Part shown: positions 10,287 through 19,726 of the stretch, piece by piece | How the letters are laid out: each line of letters begins with the position of its first letter | Position numbering within the stretch: the stretch's first letter is position 1 | DNA from: an uncultured Chitinophagaceae bacterium | GTDB taxonomy: Bacteria; Bacteroidota; Ignavibacteria; UBA10030; UBA8401 | Reading direction: 5' to 3' | DNA: 64,000 bases | Assembly: GCA_964642725.1 (NCBI GenBank) | Contig: CAZXQG010000012.1 | Coordinates: 6,163-70,162 of the forward strand | Notes under the pieces: generated by a model | Seen by the model: the letters and a program-made list of their open reading frames with translations, nothing else | Database searches by the model: none | Told to the model about the DNA's origin: nothing | Position numbers and translations under genes: made by a program

Positions 10287-11269
10287 CGAATTGTGAATGT
10301 TTCCACTTCCAGCGGAATATTTTTTTTCTCCAGCACCCGCTCGTATGCGTCGAGAACGTTCTGTACCGAGATCATCTGCATGCATTTTTTTTCAAAATCG
10401 CACGTGTTCCACCGCCAGCACGGCGCGCATTCGACGAAGCTGTTCAGGTTTTCATTGCAAATGTATCCCGTCTGATACGAATGTTCTCTTCCGCCGTAAA
10501 TGATGACCGAACGGACGCCGACGGCGCGAGAGAGATGTTTAAGAAAACCCGACGTCCCGATGAAACAGCCGGCGTTCGCGAGTATCGCCGCCGATTCCCT
10601 TAGGCTCGTCTTTCCCCTGAGGTCCACAACATTGTCCAGCGCAAGATCCGATTCTCCGCCGAGCAGAACCACGGACAGTAACGGATCTTTTTTCTTCAAC
10701 AGATTCACAACCTCCTGGATCCGTTCGGGATACCATTTCTTGTTGTTCATGAACGTTTGGTGCGTGGAGTGACCCATGTTCTGGACGACAATAAAATGAT
10801 CGCCGATCTTCCCCTGCGCTTTTTCTCTATTCGTCAGGTACACGTACGGACGAAGTTCGACGTCGCCGCGAATTTCCGCTTTCCTGCAGAGGCGCGCAAG
10901 AATATGTTCATCGGGTGGAATCTCAAGTTCAGCGGGAATTACTTCGACAGAGTACGACAGCAGTAGGCGCTCTCGCTTGAGGAAGAAGGCATATCGGAGC
11001 TGCCAATCGTCAAAATTGAACGTGCGCTGGTAGTCCGGGTTGTGGAACAAGAGTGGCTCCGAATGCGACACCTGCCATATTTTTAAAGACGGCTTTCTTT
11101 TCTTCAATTCATGCGCGACAGCAGTTAACAACAACTCGTCGCCGATGCCGCCGAGAAACTGGAGCATGACATCGGGAACGCCGTGATTCACTATAATTTT
11201 CAGTGCACCAAGTTCGATCCGTGCGGCGTGCAGCAGCTTTGACGGAAGGTTACGAAGAGTGACAGCCAT
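10283..11269 (-). CDS. glycosyltransferase family 9-like
   Basis: 328 aa with an ATG start. VVLLGGESDLALDNVVDLRGKTSLRESAAILANAGCFIGTSGFLKHLSRAVGVRSVIIYGG fits the GT9 pattern. A Cys cluster, CAPCWRWNTCDFEKKC, lies near the C-terminus. Confidence 0.65.
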   Translation of the reverse strand: MAVTLRNLPSKLLHAARIELGALKIIVNHGVPDVMLQFLGGIGDELLLTAVAHELKKRKPSLKIWQVSHSEPLLFHNPDYQRTFNFDDWQLRYAFFLKRERLLLSYSVEVIPAELEIPPDEHILARLCRKAEIRGDVELRPYVYLTNREKAQGKIGDHFIVVQNMGHSTHQTFMNNKKWYPERIQEVVNLLKKKDPLLSVVLLGGESDLALDNVVDLRGKTSLRESAAILANAGCFIGTSGFLKHLSRAVGVRSVIIYGGREHSYQTGYICNENLNSFVECAPCWRWNTCDFEKKCMQMISVQNVLDAYERVLEKKNIPLEVETFTIR

Positions 11270-11278
11270 CTGCGGGTT

Positions 11279-11935
11279 TCATTTTTTTGCGCATACATAG
11301 AAGCTGTAAAAGTGATCCGGGCCGTTATCGTTGTCAACAATTTTCAATTTCCGCTTCTTTAAAGCCTTCACAATGATTTCGGGCGCGGGCGTCCAGACGT
11401 GGTGAGTCGCCATCATCGGATTTGTTTTCTTCCATAATCCGCAGGAAGGGTGAGGAAGGTACAAAAACAAGATTCCCCCCTTTTTTAATTTGCTTATCCA
11501 TGCATCGAGTGCTTTTTCCCAATCGGCGATATGCTCCAGGCAATGCGAGCTGAAAACATAATCCTGAGATTCAGGAGGTATGTCTTCGATTTTATTTTGA
11601 ACGCCGGTACCCGATGCTATGTCTACCGGCGTGCTGCCGCGCAAGGGCCAGTACGATGCGCCGACATCGATTCCTTTCCCCTTGCAGAATTGCAGGGCGG
11701 TTCGTTCTATCGCATTGCTTGCTCCGCCGACAGTGATATAATCGGGATAGAAAACATTTTCATAGATCCATCCGCCCGGAACCCGCCGGTGGCCTGTCCG
11801 CAGATACTCGGAGTATGTCGTAAATAGCAGCGGGTGGTCGGGATACTCGTCGAGCAGAACGGCCGGGGCTGCGCCCATCCTCCGCAAAACGGGGATGAAC
11901 GGAGTGCGCATCTTCTTCAGCAGCTGTTTTATCAT
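11279..11935 (-). CDS. class I SAM-dependent methyltransferase
   Basis: 218 aa with an ATG start. GKGIDVGASYWPL (motif I-like) and FSSHCLEHIADWEKALDAWISKLKKGGILFLYLPH are present. Confidence 0.7.
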   Translation of the reverse strand: MIKQLLKKMRTPFIPVLRRMGAAPAVLLDEYPDHPLLFTTYSEYLRTGHRRVPGGWIYENVFYPDYITVGGASNAIERTALQFCKGKGIDVGASYWPLRGSTPVDIASGTGVQNKIEDIPPESQDYVFSSHCLEHIADWEKALDAWISKLKKGGILFLYLPHPSCGLWKKTNPMMATHHVWTPAPEIIVKALKKRKLKIVDNDNGPDHFYSFYVCAKK

Positions 11936-11938
11936 ATT

Positions 11939-12838
11939 CTATGTATGATGTCTTTTCTTAAATATGAAATTTGGACCGACGTAGGCGGTGTTTTTTGGTG
12001 AACTCAATACCTGAACAAGCGTATAGTCGAGTTCGCCGAATTTTTGTAGCATGGCGTTCAGTCGGTTTTCAAACCAGATTTCAACAAAAATGAGGGGTTC
12101 ATGTTTCCGAATTGTTTCCTGAGCTCCTTCTATAACGCGATACTCAAACCCTTCGACATCAATTTTCATAAAATCTATTTTTTTAGGAATAGAACGGAAT
12201 ACCTCGTCCAGGGTCTTGACTTCCATCTCCCCTTTCTCATCATGTCTGATGCTTGTCCCGCCGATATTGCCGGCAGGAGTATCGTCGATGCTCGCCTTCG
12301 AAGACGCGTTCGATAATCCGATATTATATAATTGAGTCACATGCTGAATATTATTGAGCTCAACATTTTCCTTGAGGATGGAAAAAAGTCTCTTTTGGGG
12401 TTCAAAGCTGTAAACGTATCCCTTCAATATTTTCGCAAAATATACCGTATGGTTTCCGACATTCGCACCAACGTCGACAATCACGGATCCCTGTTTTATG
12501 TAGTGTGAGAGGACCTCTAATTCTTCGTGTTCAGAAAAAGTATCATGCTTTAGCACGTTGATCGTCAAGAGGTCGGTCGGTTCGTAAATTTTCAGATGTA
12601 TCGGCTCGCCGCGGAATTGAAAATGAATGACATCGTTTGCATCAAGAACGCCCTTTGCCCTGGCTGTTCTAAGCAGCTTCGCTTCCCAGTATTTTCTCCG
12701 GTATTTCTCCAGTCCCAATCGTTCAAACAGAAGGTCCCAGAACTGGACCCGATCTGTTCGGAACAATGTGGCGGCGGTACCGATCTTTCTCAAGAGAACC
12801 ATGCGGTCACGTATGATTTGAACTTCGTTGAAATACAA
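11939..12838 (-). CDS. FkbM-family SAM-dependent methyltransferase
   Basis: 299 aa. Motifs seen are VIVDVGANVGNHTVYFA, SFEPQ and IDFMKIDVEGFEYRVIEGA. The track start is TTG at 12838 and the first ATG is at 12802. The gene is visibly AT-richer than the ABC genes next to it. Confidence 0.8.
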   Translation of the reverse strand: MYFNEVQIIRDRMVLLRKIGTAATLFRTDRVQFWDLLFERLGLEKYRRKYWEAKLLRTARAKGVLDANDVIHFQFRGEPIHLKIYEPTDLLTINVLKHDTFSEHEELEVLSHYIKQGSVIVDVGANVGNHTVYFAKILKGYVYSFEPQKRLFSILKENVELNNIQHVTQLYNIGLSNASSKASIDDTPAGNIGGTSIRHDEKGEMEVKTLDEVFRSIPKKIDFMKIDVEGFEYRVIEGAQETIRKHEPLIFVEIWFENRLNAMLQKFGELDYTLVQVLSSPKNTAYVGPNFIFKKRHHT

Positions 12839-12848
12839 TGCAGGTTCG

Positions 12849-14120
12849 TCAGCCTATTTTTCTCTCGTGCCAGGGGAACTCGACAATGATCATCCCCTGC
12901 ATGTATTGATATGGCTGATAGCGGGAAAGCTTTGAACCCGTTTCGTTGACATGGAATTTCACGATATGATCGTACTTCTCCAGGATATTGATCGACGGAG
13001 TATGAGCTTCGATAGACACATAATAGTCGCCCGGGACGAGCATATTCCCCGGCACGGTAATCGTGGCGGCATAGACACCCGGTTCGCGCTGCAGTAACAC
13101 ATCGGGATGAGTGTCCGACTGGTGGCTTGTGAATATCGGACGGCCGTCGTAGCCGAAAAAGCGCACCGAGATTTCCACGTTATGCAGCGACACGCTGACA
13201 TCATATTCAAGAACGACGGAAAACGGAAACCGCACATCTATTTCCGACGAAAAATTATTCTGATGGTCTTTCACCCCAACCTTCGCAAAGGCGAACTCTT
13301 TGCGATGCGGCTGGACAGAAAGGGAGTCGGCCAGTACTTTCTCAGCCCCTTCGTTCACGTCCGAATGAAGGTATTCTGCAACGACGGCGTTCGTCTCGCC
13401 GAAATTAACAATCCGTCCCTGATGCAAATGCGCGACATGCGTGCAGAGGTTCGTGATCGCTCCAATATTATGACTGACAAAAAGCACCGTTCGCCCTCCA
13501 CTCTTTCCGATATCTTCCATTTTGCGCAGACATTTTTCCTGAAACTGGGCATCCCCGACAGCCAGCACCTCATCGACGATCAGAATCTCCGGCTCAAGGT
13601 GGGCTGCAACCGCAAACGCGAGACGCATGAACATCCCGGAAGAGTACCGTTTCACGGGTGTATCGATAAACTTTCCGACCTCGGCAAAATCCACTATTTC
13701 GTCGAACTTTCTGTCGATCTCCGTCTTTCTCATTCCGAGGATTGCTCCGTTGAGAAAAATATTTTCCCGTCCCGTCAGTTCAGGGCTGAAGCCGGTGCCA
13801 ATTTCAAGAAGGGACGCCACTCTTCCCCTCATCCGGATGATCCCCTCGGTCGGTTCCGTGATCCGTGAGAGAAGCTTCAACAGCGTGCTTTTTCCCGCTC
13901 CGTTTCTCCCGATGATCCCAAGGACTTCCCCCTCGTTCAACTCAAACGAGACATCCTTCAACGCCCAGATAGTGCTTTCCTTCGCCGCAGCTCTTCGCTG
14001 CGCGGGCTTGAAGACCGCCTGGAGTTTTTCGTCAAACACATCCCGGAACGAATTATGCCGGCGCAGCGCTCCGATTCGATATTGTTTTGAAAGATGTTCG
14101 ACGGAAATGATGGCAGACAT
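12849..14120 (-). CDS. wzt: polysaccharide ABC exporter ATP-binding protein (Wzt/TagH type) with C-terminal beta-rich extension
   Basis: 423 aa. It has Walker A GRNGAGKSTLLKLL, signature YSSGMFMRLAFAVA, Walker B ILIVDEVLAVGD and H-loop FVSHN. About 170 extra C-terminal residues match the position of the glycan-binding domain in Wzt proteins. Confidence 0.9.
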   Translation of the reverse strand: MSAIISVEHLSKQYRIGALRRHNSFRDVFDEKLQAVFKPAQRRAAAKESTIWALKDVSFELNEGEVLGIIGRNGAGKSTLLKLLSRITEPTEGIIRMRGRVASLLEIGTGFSPELTGRENIFLNGAILGMRKTEIDRKFDEIVDFAEVGKFIDTPVKRYSSGMFMRLAFAVAAHLEPEILIVDEVLAVGDAQFQEKCLRKMEDIGKSGGRTVLFVSHNIGAITNLCTHVAHLHQGRIVNFGETNAVVAEYLHSDVNEGAEKVLADSLSVQPHRKEFAFAKVGVKDHQNNFSSEIDVRFPFSVVLEYDVSVSLHNVEISVRFFGYDGRPIFTSHQSDTHPDVLLQREPGVYAATITVPGNMLVPGDYYVSIEAHTPSINILEKYDHIVKFHVNETGSKLSRYQPYQYMQGMIIVEFPWHERKIG

Positions 14121-14130
14121 AATAAAGACA

Positions 14131-14952
14131 TTAAATGATATCGGCGAATTTTCTTTCCATGCGCAAAAAATTCATCAAGCCGGTGACGAGCAGCGCAAGA
14201 GCCACGCATGTTGACAATAGGACCAAATGCACGGGGAGCGTCCCGGTATGAAGCATCGACCAGCGAAACCCTTCGATAACACACACGATAGGATTAAGCC
14301 AGTATAATGTCTGGTACGACGCCGGAATCTTGCTCGCCGCATACCCGACCGGTGTAATCCAGAACATGACTTGGATAACGTATGGGAGTGCGTGCCCAAT
14401 ATCCCGGTACTGGACGGAGATCGATGAAAACCAAAAACCGATGCCGAGCGAGGTGAGGATGGTCAAAAGGATGAAAAACGGCAGGAGCAAAATCGTCGCC
14501 GTGGGCATGAATTGAAAATAGACCATCAATACTATCGCGAGGACAAATGCTATAGAAAAGTCAACAAGCCCCGAGAGTATTGCGGCGGCCGGAATGATGA
14601 CCCGCGGGAAATAGACTTTGGAGATAAGGTTGGCGTTAGCCAGCAAACTCTGGCTTGCCCCCACCACACCTTCAGAAAAAAAATTCCATGCGACAACCCC
14701 GCAGAAAGTAAAAAGAAGATACGGAACGCCCTGTACGGAAAAACCGACCAGTTTATTGAACAGCACCGTGAAGACGACCATTCCCATTAACGGTCGAATC
14801 AGCGCCCACGCCGCACCTAAAAAAGTCTGCTTGTAACGAATTTTGATGTCCCGCCATACGAGGAAATAGAACAGTTCGCGGAATTCCCATATCTCGCGAA
14901 ACCGCAGCACCGATAATCCTTTTGTCGGCTCGATGACAATTTCAAAAGGCAT
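14131..14952 (-). CDS. wzm: ABC-2 type polysaccharide exporter permease (Wzm type)
   Basis: 273 aa with six hydrophobic segments. It contains the ABC-2 permease-like stretch LANANLISKVYFPRVIIP. It sits directly upstream of the ATPase gene. Confidence 0.85.
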   Translation of the reverse strand: MPFEIVIEPTKGLSVLRFREIWEFRELFYFLVWRDIKIRYKQTFLGAAWALIRPLMGMVVFTVLFNKLVGFSVQGVPYLLFTFCGVVAWNFFSEGVVGASQSLLANANLISKVYFPRVIIPAAAILSGLVDFSIAFVLAIVLMVYFQFMPTATILLLPFFILLTILTSLGIGFWFSSISVQYRDIGHALPYVIQVMFWITPVGYAASKIPASYQTLYWLNPIVCVIEGFRWSMLHTGTLPVHLVLLSTCVALALLVTGLMNFLRMERKFADII

Positions 14953-15176
14953 TCAGAGATTCCTCGCTTATCAATTCGTTCCCTTTCTCACAACAGGTAC
15001 TATTTTGCTTCGGGATGCGGAGGATGGATTGAGCAAGAAATGAGATTCTCGAAACAAAAAAAATCAGTCTGAAGTCAGAAGTGCCAGCGACCGAAAAGTG
15101 CTTCGAGGCATCCATGGCGAATTCATATTTGAAGCCATCTCAAAATATGTCGCTTTGTCCTTCGATCCGCCCTCGT

Positions 15177-15238
15177 GCTCTTCGAGCGGATTGCTTACTC
15201 AGATGAACGGACCTTTTGTTCACCATGTCCCGAAGGGT
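15177..15238 (-). repeat. copy of dispersed hairpin-rich intergenic repeat (rearranged/deleted version)
   Basis: gctcttcgagcggattgcttactcagatgaacggaccttttgttcaccatgtcccgaaggg. Its reverse complement aligns with 39582-39664 (ggtgaaca..gttcatc, taag..atcc.gctcgaagagc) apart from an internal deletion of ~25 nt. It lies in the 400-bp gap downstream of the wza-like gene. Confidence 0.6.
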
Positions 15239-15353
15239 CGTCGCAATTTCATTTGTAAGATAGCTTCCAGAGAATTTAGCGCGGCGCAACAGAAAATCCA
15301 AAACGTTCAATACCTCAGCAGCCGGCAAAAATCTGTCCCTTTCAGCGTCCAAC

Positions 15354-15869
15354 TTATTTATGGGAGATGGAGTAAATGCTCACTCCAAGCACGCCAAGGG
15401 TTGCTGTTGTGTTGACAATCATCAAGACATCCTGCCACGTAAGGGAGTCGGGAATTCTCTTCACAACGATCATGTCGCCGGGTGCAAGCGGCACTGTCGG
15501 CGATTTACCCTCGAGGATGTCCCGTACGGCGATTGTGAACAAAGTCTTTTCTTTAACGTCTTTCTTGCCGGACACACGATAAAGAAGGACTTCATTCAAA
15601 TTTGAATGTTCTTTCGGCCCTCCGGCATACGAGATCAGTTGAATAATATCGGTGTTTGTCGGTATCACATACACGCCTTGTTGAGGAACTTCCCCCCACA
15701 AATTTACCGTCATGGTCACCTCAAACGGTTTTGCGTAGTAAAAATACCCGGGCCTGCTCAAGCTGGATTGCTTGGCGCTGTTGAGTTCGGTTTCGGTGGG
15801 AACCTGCGCAAAGGAAGAGGCCACGGCCGCAATTACGATAAATAGTGTCAAGAATAGTTTCATGGACAT
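15354..15869 (-). CDS. periplasmic polysaccharide export protein (Wza-like, Poly_export/SLBB only)
   Basis: 171 aa. The signal peptide is MSMKLFLTLFIVIAAVASSFAQ. PGYFYYAKPFEVTMTVNLWGEV and PLAPGDMIVVK follow, as in polysaccharide export proteins. It is much shorter than enterobacterial Wza. Confidence 0.7.
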   Translation of the reverse strand: MSMKLFLTLFIVIAAVASSFAQVPTETELNSAKQSSLSRPGYFYYAKPFEVTMTVNLWGEVPQQGVYVIPTNTDIIQLISYAGGPKEHSNLNEVLLYRVSGKKDVKEKTLFTIAVRDILEGKSPTVPLAPGDMIVVKRIPDSLTWQDVLMIVNTTATLGVLGVSIYSISHK

Positions 15870-15882
15870 CCCGGTATTCGTA

Positions 15883-18273
15883 TTATGTTTTTTCCTTGGG
15901 GATATATTTTTGCTGATAGTAGTACTCTCCGTGCAGGTGGTAGTACCCCCGGTGCAAGCGATTCAATTCATATTGATTGACGACAATGCCGGCAAGATTC
16001 AGCCTGATTCCTTCGATGATATCCACGGAGTGCTCCAGGCTGTCAAACGTCGTTGAATTTGTCTTCACGACGAAAATGACGGCATCAACCATGGCGACCA
16101 ATAATTCTGAATCTGTAAAGAGAAGGATCGGCGGCGAATCGTACAAGATAACATCATACATCTTGTCGAGTTCTAATTTCAAATTCTTCATTGTCGACGA
16201 GCCGATGAGTTCGGTCGGATTCAGCGGGATCGCGCCGCAAGTCAGAATGTCCAGGTTTTCAATGAAGGTGTGGCGTATCGCTGCAGAAATATCGACCTCA
16301 CCGAACAGCACCTCCGTGAGACCGGGTTCAAGGTTCAAATTAAAAAGCTCGTGAACCGTCGGACGGCGCAAGTCGACGTCGACCAGCAGCACTTTTTTTC
16401 GAGTTTGCGCGAACACCACCGCAAGGTTTGCAGCCGTCAGCGACTTGCCTTCCTGAGGTGCGCCGCTCGATAAGAGAATACTCTTTACCGGCGTCTCTTT
16501 TTTCCAATACTGGATGCTGGTCCTCAACCGTCTGTACGAATCCGCAATTCTTGAATAAGGATTAATCGCCGTAACTAAATGCGGGTCGATAATCAAACCG
16601 TCGGACGCAGCTTCTTTCCCATCATCGCCAACCACTCTCCGAACTGTTCCCCGTTCCCCGTCCACCGTCCCGCTCACGGGATCCACGCGAGTAACGAGAT
16701 TCAGAGCCTTTTCATCCATGGCCGGAATCACCGTCAACACACTCAGTCCCCGGCGTTTGATATCTTCGGGTTTGTGAATCCGGTCGTCAAAATAGTTGAT
16801 GAAAAATGCCGAGCTGATTCCCATCACCAGGCCGATAAAGAATCCAAACCCGAGGTTCTTGGGAATGTTAGGATAAAGATGAGTCTGCGGAGGAAGGGCG
16901 TGCTGAAGGACGTCGACGTATCCGAATTCCGATTGCTCGGCGATAAGTGCGGACTGGTATTTTTCTTCCACGGCAACATAGACTTTTTCGAGCGTCATTT
17001 TTGACCGTTGAAGCCGGGCGTAATCAATATTGATTTTAGGGATGTTCTGAAAACGCGCTTCACCTTGGTTGATACCGTTCACCAATGCCTTGTGACGGAC
17101 TTCCAATGATTGAAGATGCATCTGGGCGTCAGTGAGCTTCTCGGCAAGGTCTTTGGCCAGTTCGCGTCTCTCAGCAGTTCTTCGCGGTTTGTTTAGACCG
17201 GTTCCCATCTTGTCGTTTATTTTCTTGTGGAGCGCTTCGATCTGGCTGTTGATATCTGCAATCCGATTCGACACCAGCGCCTGGTCTTGCATCTCTGAGT
17301 TCTGTTCTTTGATAAGGTCGCGTTCCTGTTCAAGCGCGTTAATCTGTTCCAATATTTTTTGTATCTCAATGCTGGCAACCATATCCATGATCCGCTTGCT
17401 GTCGGCATCAATCTCATCTTCCTCGTTCTTGGGGAGCGTTGCCTTGACGTCCGCCAGTCTTTTCTCGTACGTCAGCACCGTACTTCTCGCCGTTTCGATT
17501 TCGATCTCAACTTCGTCGCGCTGCGCTTCCAGGTCGGAAATAGTTTTTACCACGGTCTGATTTTCTTCGTCGATAGAACCGTGTTTCTCGATATACCGGC
17601 GAAGCGCGTCCTCAACGGTGTCGAGCGCCGTTTTCTTGGCCTGCAGGGTGCGCTCCAAAAATTCCCGCGTCGTGCGCAACTGCTTCCGGCTGTTATTGAG
17701 ATTGTTCTGGTAATATGCTTCTGCGTACACGTTTGCGATAATCGCGGCTTCCTTCGGGCTCGTGCTTAGCGCGCTGATGAAAATAACGTCGGACGCCTTA
17801 TCAGGGTCAAACGACACCGCATCATCAAGGCGGCCGAAGATCTCTTCGTTGTGGGCAAACGGTCCAAACGAAGGTTCGTCGTCCAAACGCTTGAGCACCT
17901 CAAGCGTGTCGTAGCCGCCCAATGTCGCGACGGGGTTTTTCTTCAGCAAGGCCAACACATCCTCGGCAATAACGCGGGATTTAAGAATGCCGATTTCTTT
18001 CATCAAGTTGCGCGTGCTTCCTCCAATGTCCGACAAATCAAGCGAACCTATCGCCATATCGCTTTTTGCCTTGCTGCTCACTTGAACGATTGCAACTCCT
18101 TGATAAATAAACGCGCCGAGGTATGTATAAAGGACGGCACCGATAAAAAAGGCGAGCGTTATCCCGATGATGACATATTTCCACCGTTCAAGGATTTCAA
18201 TATAATCACGAAGGCTCAATTCAAGAGCCGGCTGTGATGTCCCCGTACGACGATCTACTGTTTTTGCTGGCAT
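15883..18273 (-). CDS. polysaccharide co-polymerase / BY-tyrosine kinase (Wzc/GumC-like)
   Basis: 796 aa. It has an N-terminal TM, a long coiled-coil periplasmic region, a second TM and a kinase domain. The kinase has Walker A SSGAPQEGKSLTAANLA, A' LLVDVDLRRP and B VILYDSPP, plus a Tyr-rich tail RGYYHLHGEYYYQQKY. Confidence 0.85.
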   Translation of the reverse strand: MPAKTVDRRTGTSQPALELSLRDYIEILERWKYVIIGITLAFFIGAVLYTYLGAFIYQGVAIVQVSSKAKSDMAIGSLDLSDIGGSTRNLMKEIGILKSRVIAEDVLALLKKNPVATLGGYDTLEVLKRLDDEPSFGPFAHNEEIFGRLDDAVSFDPDKASDVIFISALSTSPKEAAIIANVYAEAYYQNNLNNSRKQLRTTREFLERTLQAKKTALDTVEDALRRYIEKHGSIDEENQTVVKTISDLEAQRDEVEIEIETARSTVLTYEKRLADVKATLPKNEEDEIDADSKRIMDMVASIEIQKILEQINALEQERDLIKEQNSEMQDQALVSNRIADINSQIEALHKKINDKMGTGLNKPRRTAERRELAKDLAEKLTDAQMHLQSLEVRHKALVNGINQGEARFQNIPKINIDYARLQRSKMTLEKVYVAVEEKYQSALIAEQSEFGYVDVLQHALPPQTHLYPNIPKNLGFGFFIGLVMGISSAFFINYFDDRIHKPEDIKRRGLSVLTVIPAMDEKALNLVTRVDPVSGTVDGERGTVRRVVGDDGKEAASDGLIIDPHLVTAINPYSRIADSYRRLRTSIQYWKKETPVKSILLSSGAPQEGKSLTAANLAVVFAQTRKKVLLVDVDLRRPTVHELFNLNLEPGLTEVLFGEVDISAAIRHTFIENLDILTCGAIPLNPTELIGSSTMKNLKLELDKMYDVILYDSPPILLFTDSELLVAMVDAVIFVVKTNSTTFDSLEHSVDIIEGIRLNLAGIVVNQYELNRLHRGYYHLHGEYYYQQKYIPKEKT

Positions 18274-18340
18274 AAGTAAGAAATTGATTACACGAAAACC
18301 CGTTTTACTACTGATGATTCAAGGAGGAGCATTGCTTTCA

Positions 18341-19714
18341 TTACCTCCCTTTACCAAACAGCATGATGTGAATTGTTTTCAGCATAATGTCAATATCTAG
18401 CAATAAAGAATAATGAGAAATATAGTAAAGGTCGTATTGAAGCTTCGTAATAGTATCGTCAATATTTTCGCCGTACGAATAATTCACCTGCGCCCAGCCC
18501 GTTATGCCGGGCTTCACGAGATGCCGGAAATGATAATACTCAATTTTCTGCTCATATTCACGTGCAACTTCAAACCATTCAGCCCGCGGGCCAATCATAC
18601 TCATTTCCCCCTTTAAGACATTCCATAACTGCGGTAATTCGTCTATTCTGGTCAATCGGAGTATTTTTCCCACCCTGGTAACGCGTGAGTCGTGTTCCCG
18701 GACATACCTATCTCCGGAAGCGAACCCATGAATCATTGTCCGGAATTTATACATCGTGAACGGTTGTTCGTTTCTGCCGATGCGTGTTTGCTTGAAAATA
18801 ATCGGGCCGCGACTCTCGATCCGGATCGATATTCCGATAATCACCATCACCGGGAAAAACAAAATAAAGCCTACCGATGCAATTGCAATGTCAAGCAGCT
18901 GTTTCAAACGGGTGTTCCAGGGATTCCGGACGAGCAGCAGGTCGCCTTCGAACAACCACCATTTGTTCAGGACAAAAAGAGGGACTTTACGAAAATTCTC
19001 CTCGAGGAACAGTCTGCTGGGAATTAACGGAACGTTGTGAAAATGGAGTGCGACCAGTTGCCTGAACACTTCGTTGCTCAGGGACGACCTGTCTTCGGTC
19101 AGAATAATACCATCGCATGTATCATTCATCGACCGAAGTTTATTGAGAACATCTCCTTCGATAACGGGCGACCCGTTTCCATAAATCGGCGAGCCGACTT
19201 TTTTCCCGCTCAAGTCGGCAAACCGCACCTCTTGATCTTTTGGCGTTTCGGCGTACATCCGGTACAACTCCTGCGCAGTTTCGTCGGTTCCGAGAACAAA
19301 ATAGAACCTTTTCCGCCGAATCTCGGCAAGACGGGAATTGATTGCTCTCCGTACGGAAAGCGAAATAATCAGGAACGTCAGAAACGTTGCCGGCAACACG
19401 CTGCGGCTGAATTGGAGCGATGGTTTATAGCTGAAGATATATACAACGACAATTGTCAACACGACGCTGATAATCATCGCTAAAATATACCGGCTGGTGA
19501 ACGGAAGGCTGCGCATATCAGTATCGGGGCTGTACGCGCCGACCGCTTCCAGCACCATCCACGTAAGAAGAACCGGCAAAATCGCCCGGTACCAATATTC
19601 GGTGACAAAATCGACGTCGGTGCGCAGAAGGCTCAGGATAAAAAATATTCCAAAGAGCGTCACTCCATCCGTCAGCATCAACGTCAATCTAAATATTTTC
19701 TTTGACCTTAGCAT
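18341..19714 (-). CDS. initiating polyprenyl-phosphate sugar-phosphate transferase (WbaP/EpsL-like bacterial sugar transferase)
   Basis: 457 aa with N-terminal TM helices. The C-terminal domain shows IIFKQTRIGRNEQPFTMYKFRTM, DELPQLWNVLKGEMSMIGPRAE and KPGITGWAQVN. Confidence 0.9.
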   Translation of the reverse strand: MLRSKKIFRLTLMLTDGVTLFGIFFILSLLRTDVDFVTEYWYRAILPVLLTWMVLEAVGAYSPDTDMRSLPFTSRYILAMIISVVLTIVVVYIFSYKPSLQFSRSVLPATFLTFLIISLSVRRAINSRLAEIRRKRFYFVLGTDETAQELYRMYAETPKDQEVRFADLSGKKVGSPIYGNGSPVIEGDVLNKLRSMNDTCDGIILTEDRSSLSNEVFRQLVALHFHNVPLIPSRLFLEENFRKVPLFVLNKWWLFEGDLLLVRNPWNTRLKQLLDIAIASVGFILFFPVMVIIGISIRIESRGPIIFKQTRIGRNEQPFTMYKFRTMIHGFASGDRYVREHDSRVTRVGKILRLTRIDELPQLWNVLKGEMSMIGPRAEWFEVAREYEQKIEYYHFRHLVKPGITGWAQVNYSYGENIDDTITKLQYDLYYISHYSLLLDIDIMLKTIHIMLFGKGR

Positions 19715-19726
19715 AAGATATAACGC

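Noticed and set aside
9780-10475. 231-aa plus-strand ORF
   Set aside because: It is antisense to the GT4 and GT9 genes. The translation is Arg/Cys-rich with no motifs, so it is a shadow ORF.
13107-13868. 253-aa plus-strand ORF
   Set aside because: It lies entirely antisense within the wzt ABC ATPase gene, whose Walker motifs are unambiguous. Its Arg/His-rich, low-complexity translation is typical of a shadow ORF.
15140-15352. 70-aa minus-strand ORF in the wza-wzm gap
   Set aside because: It has only a TTG start and no recognisable motif. Part of it is simply the translation of the intergenic repeat copy, whose equivalent in copy A contains a stop codon. I keep it as a possible gene remnant only.
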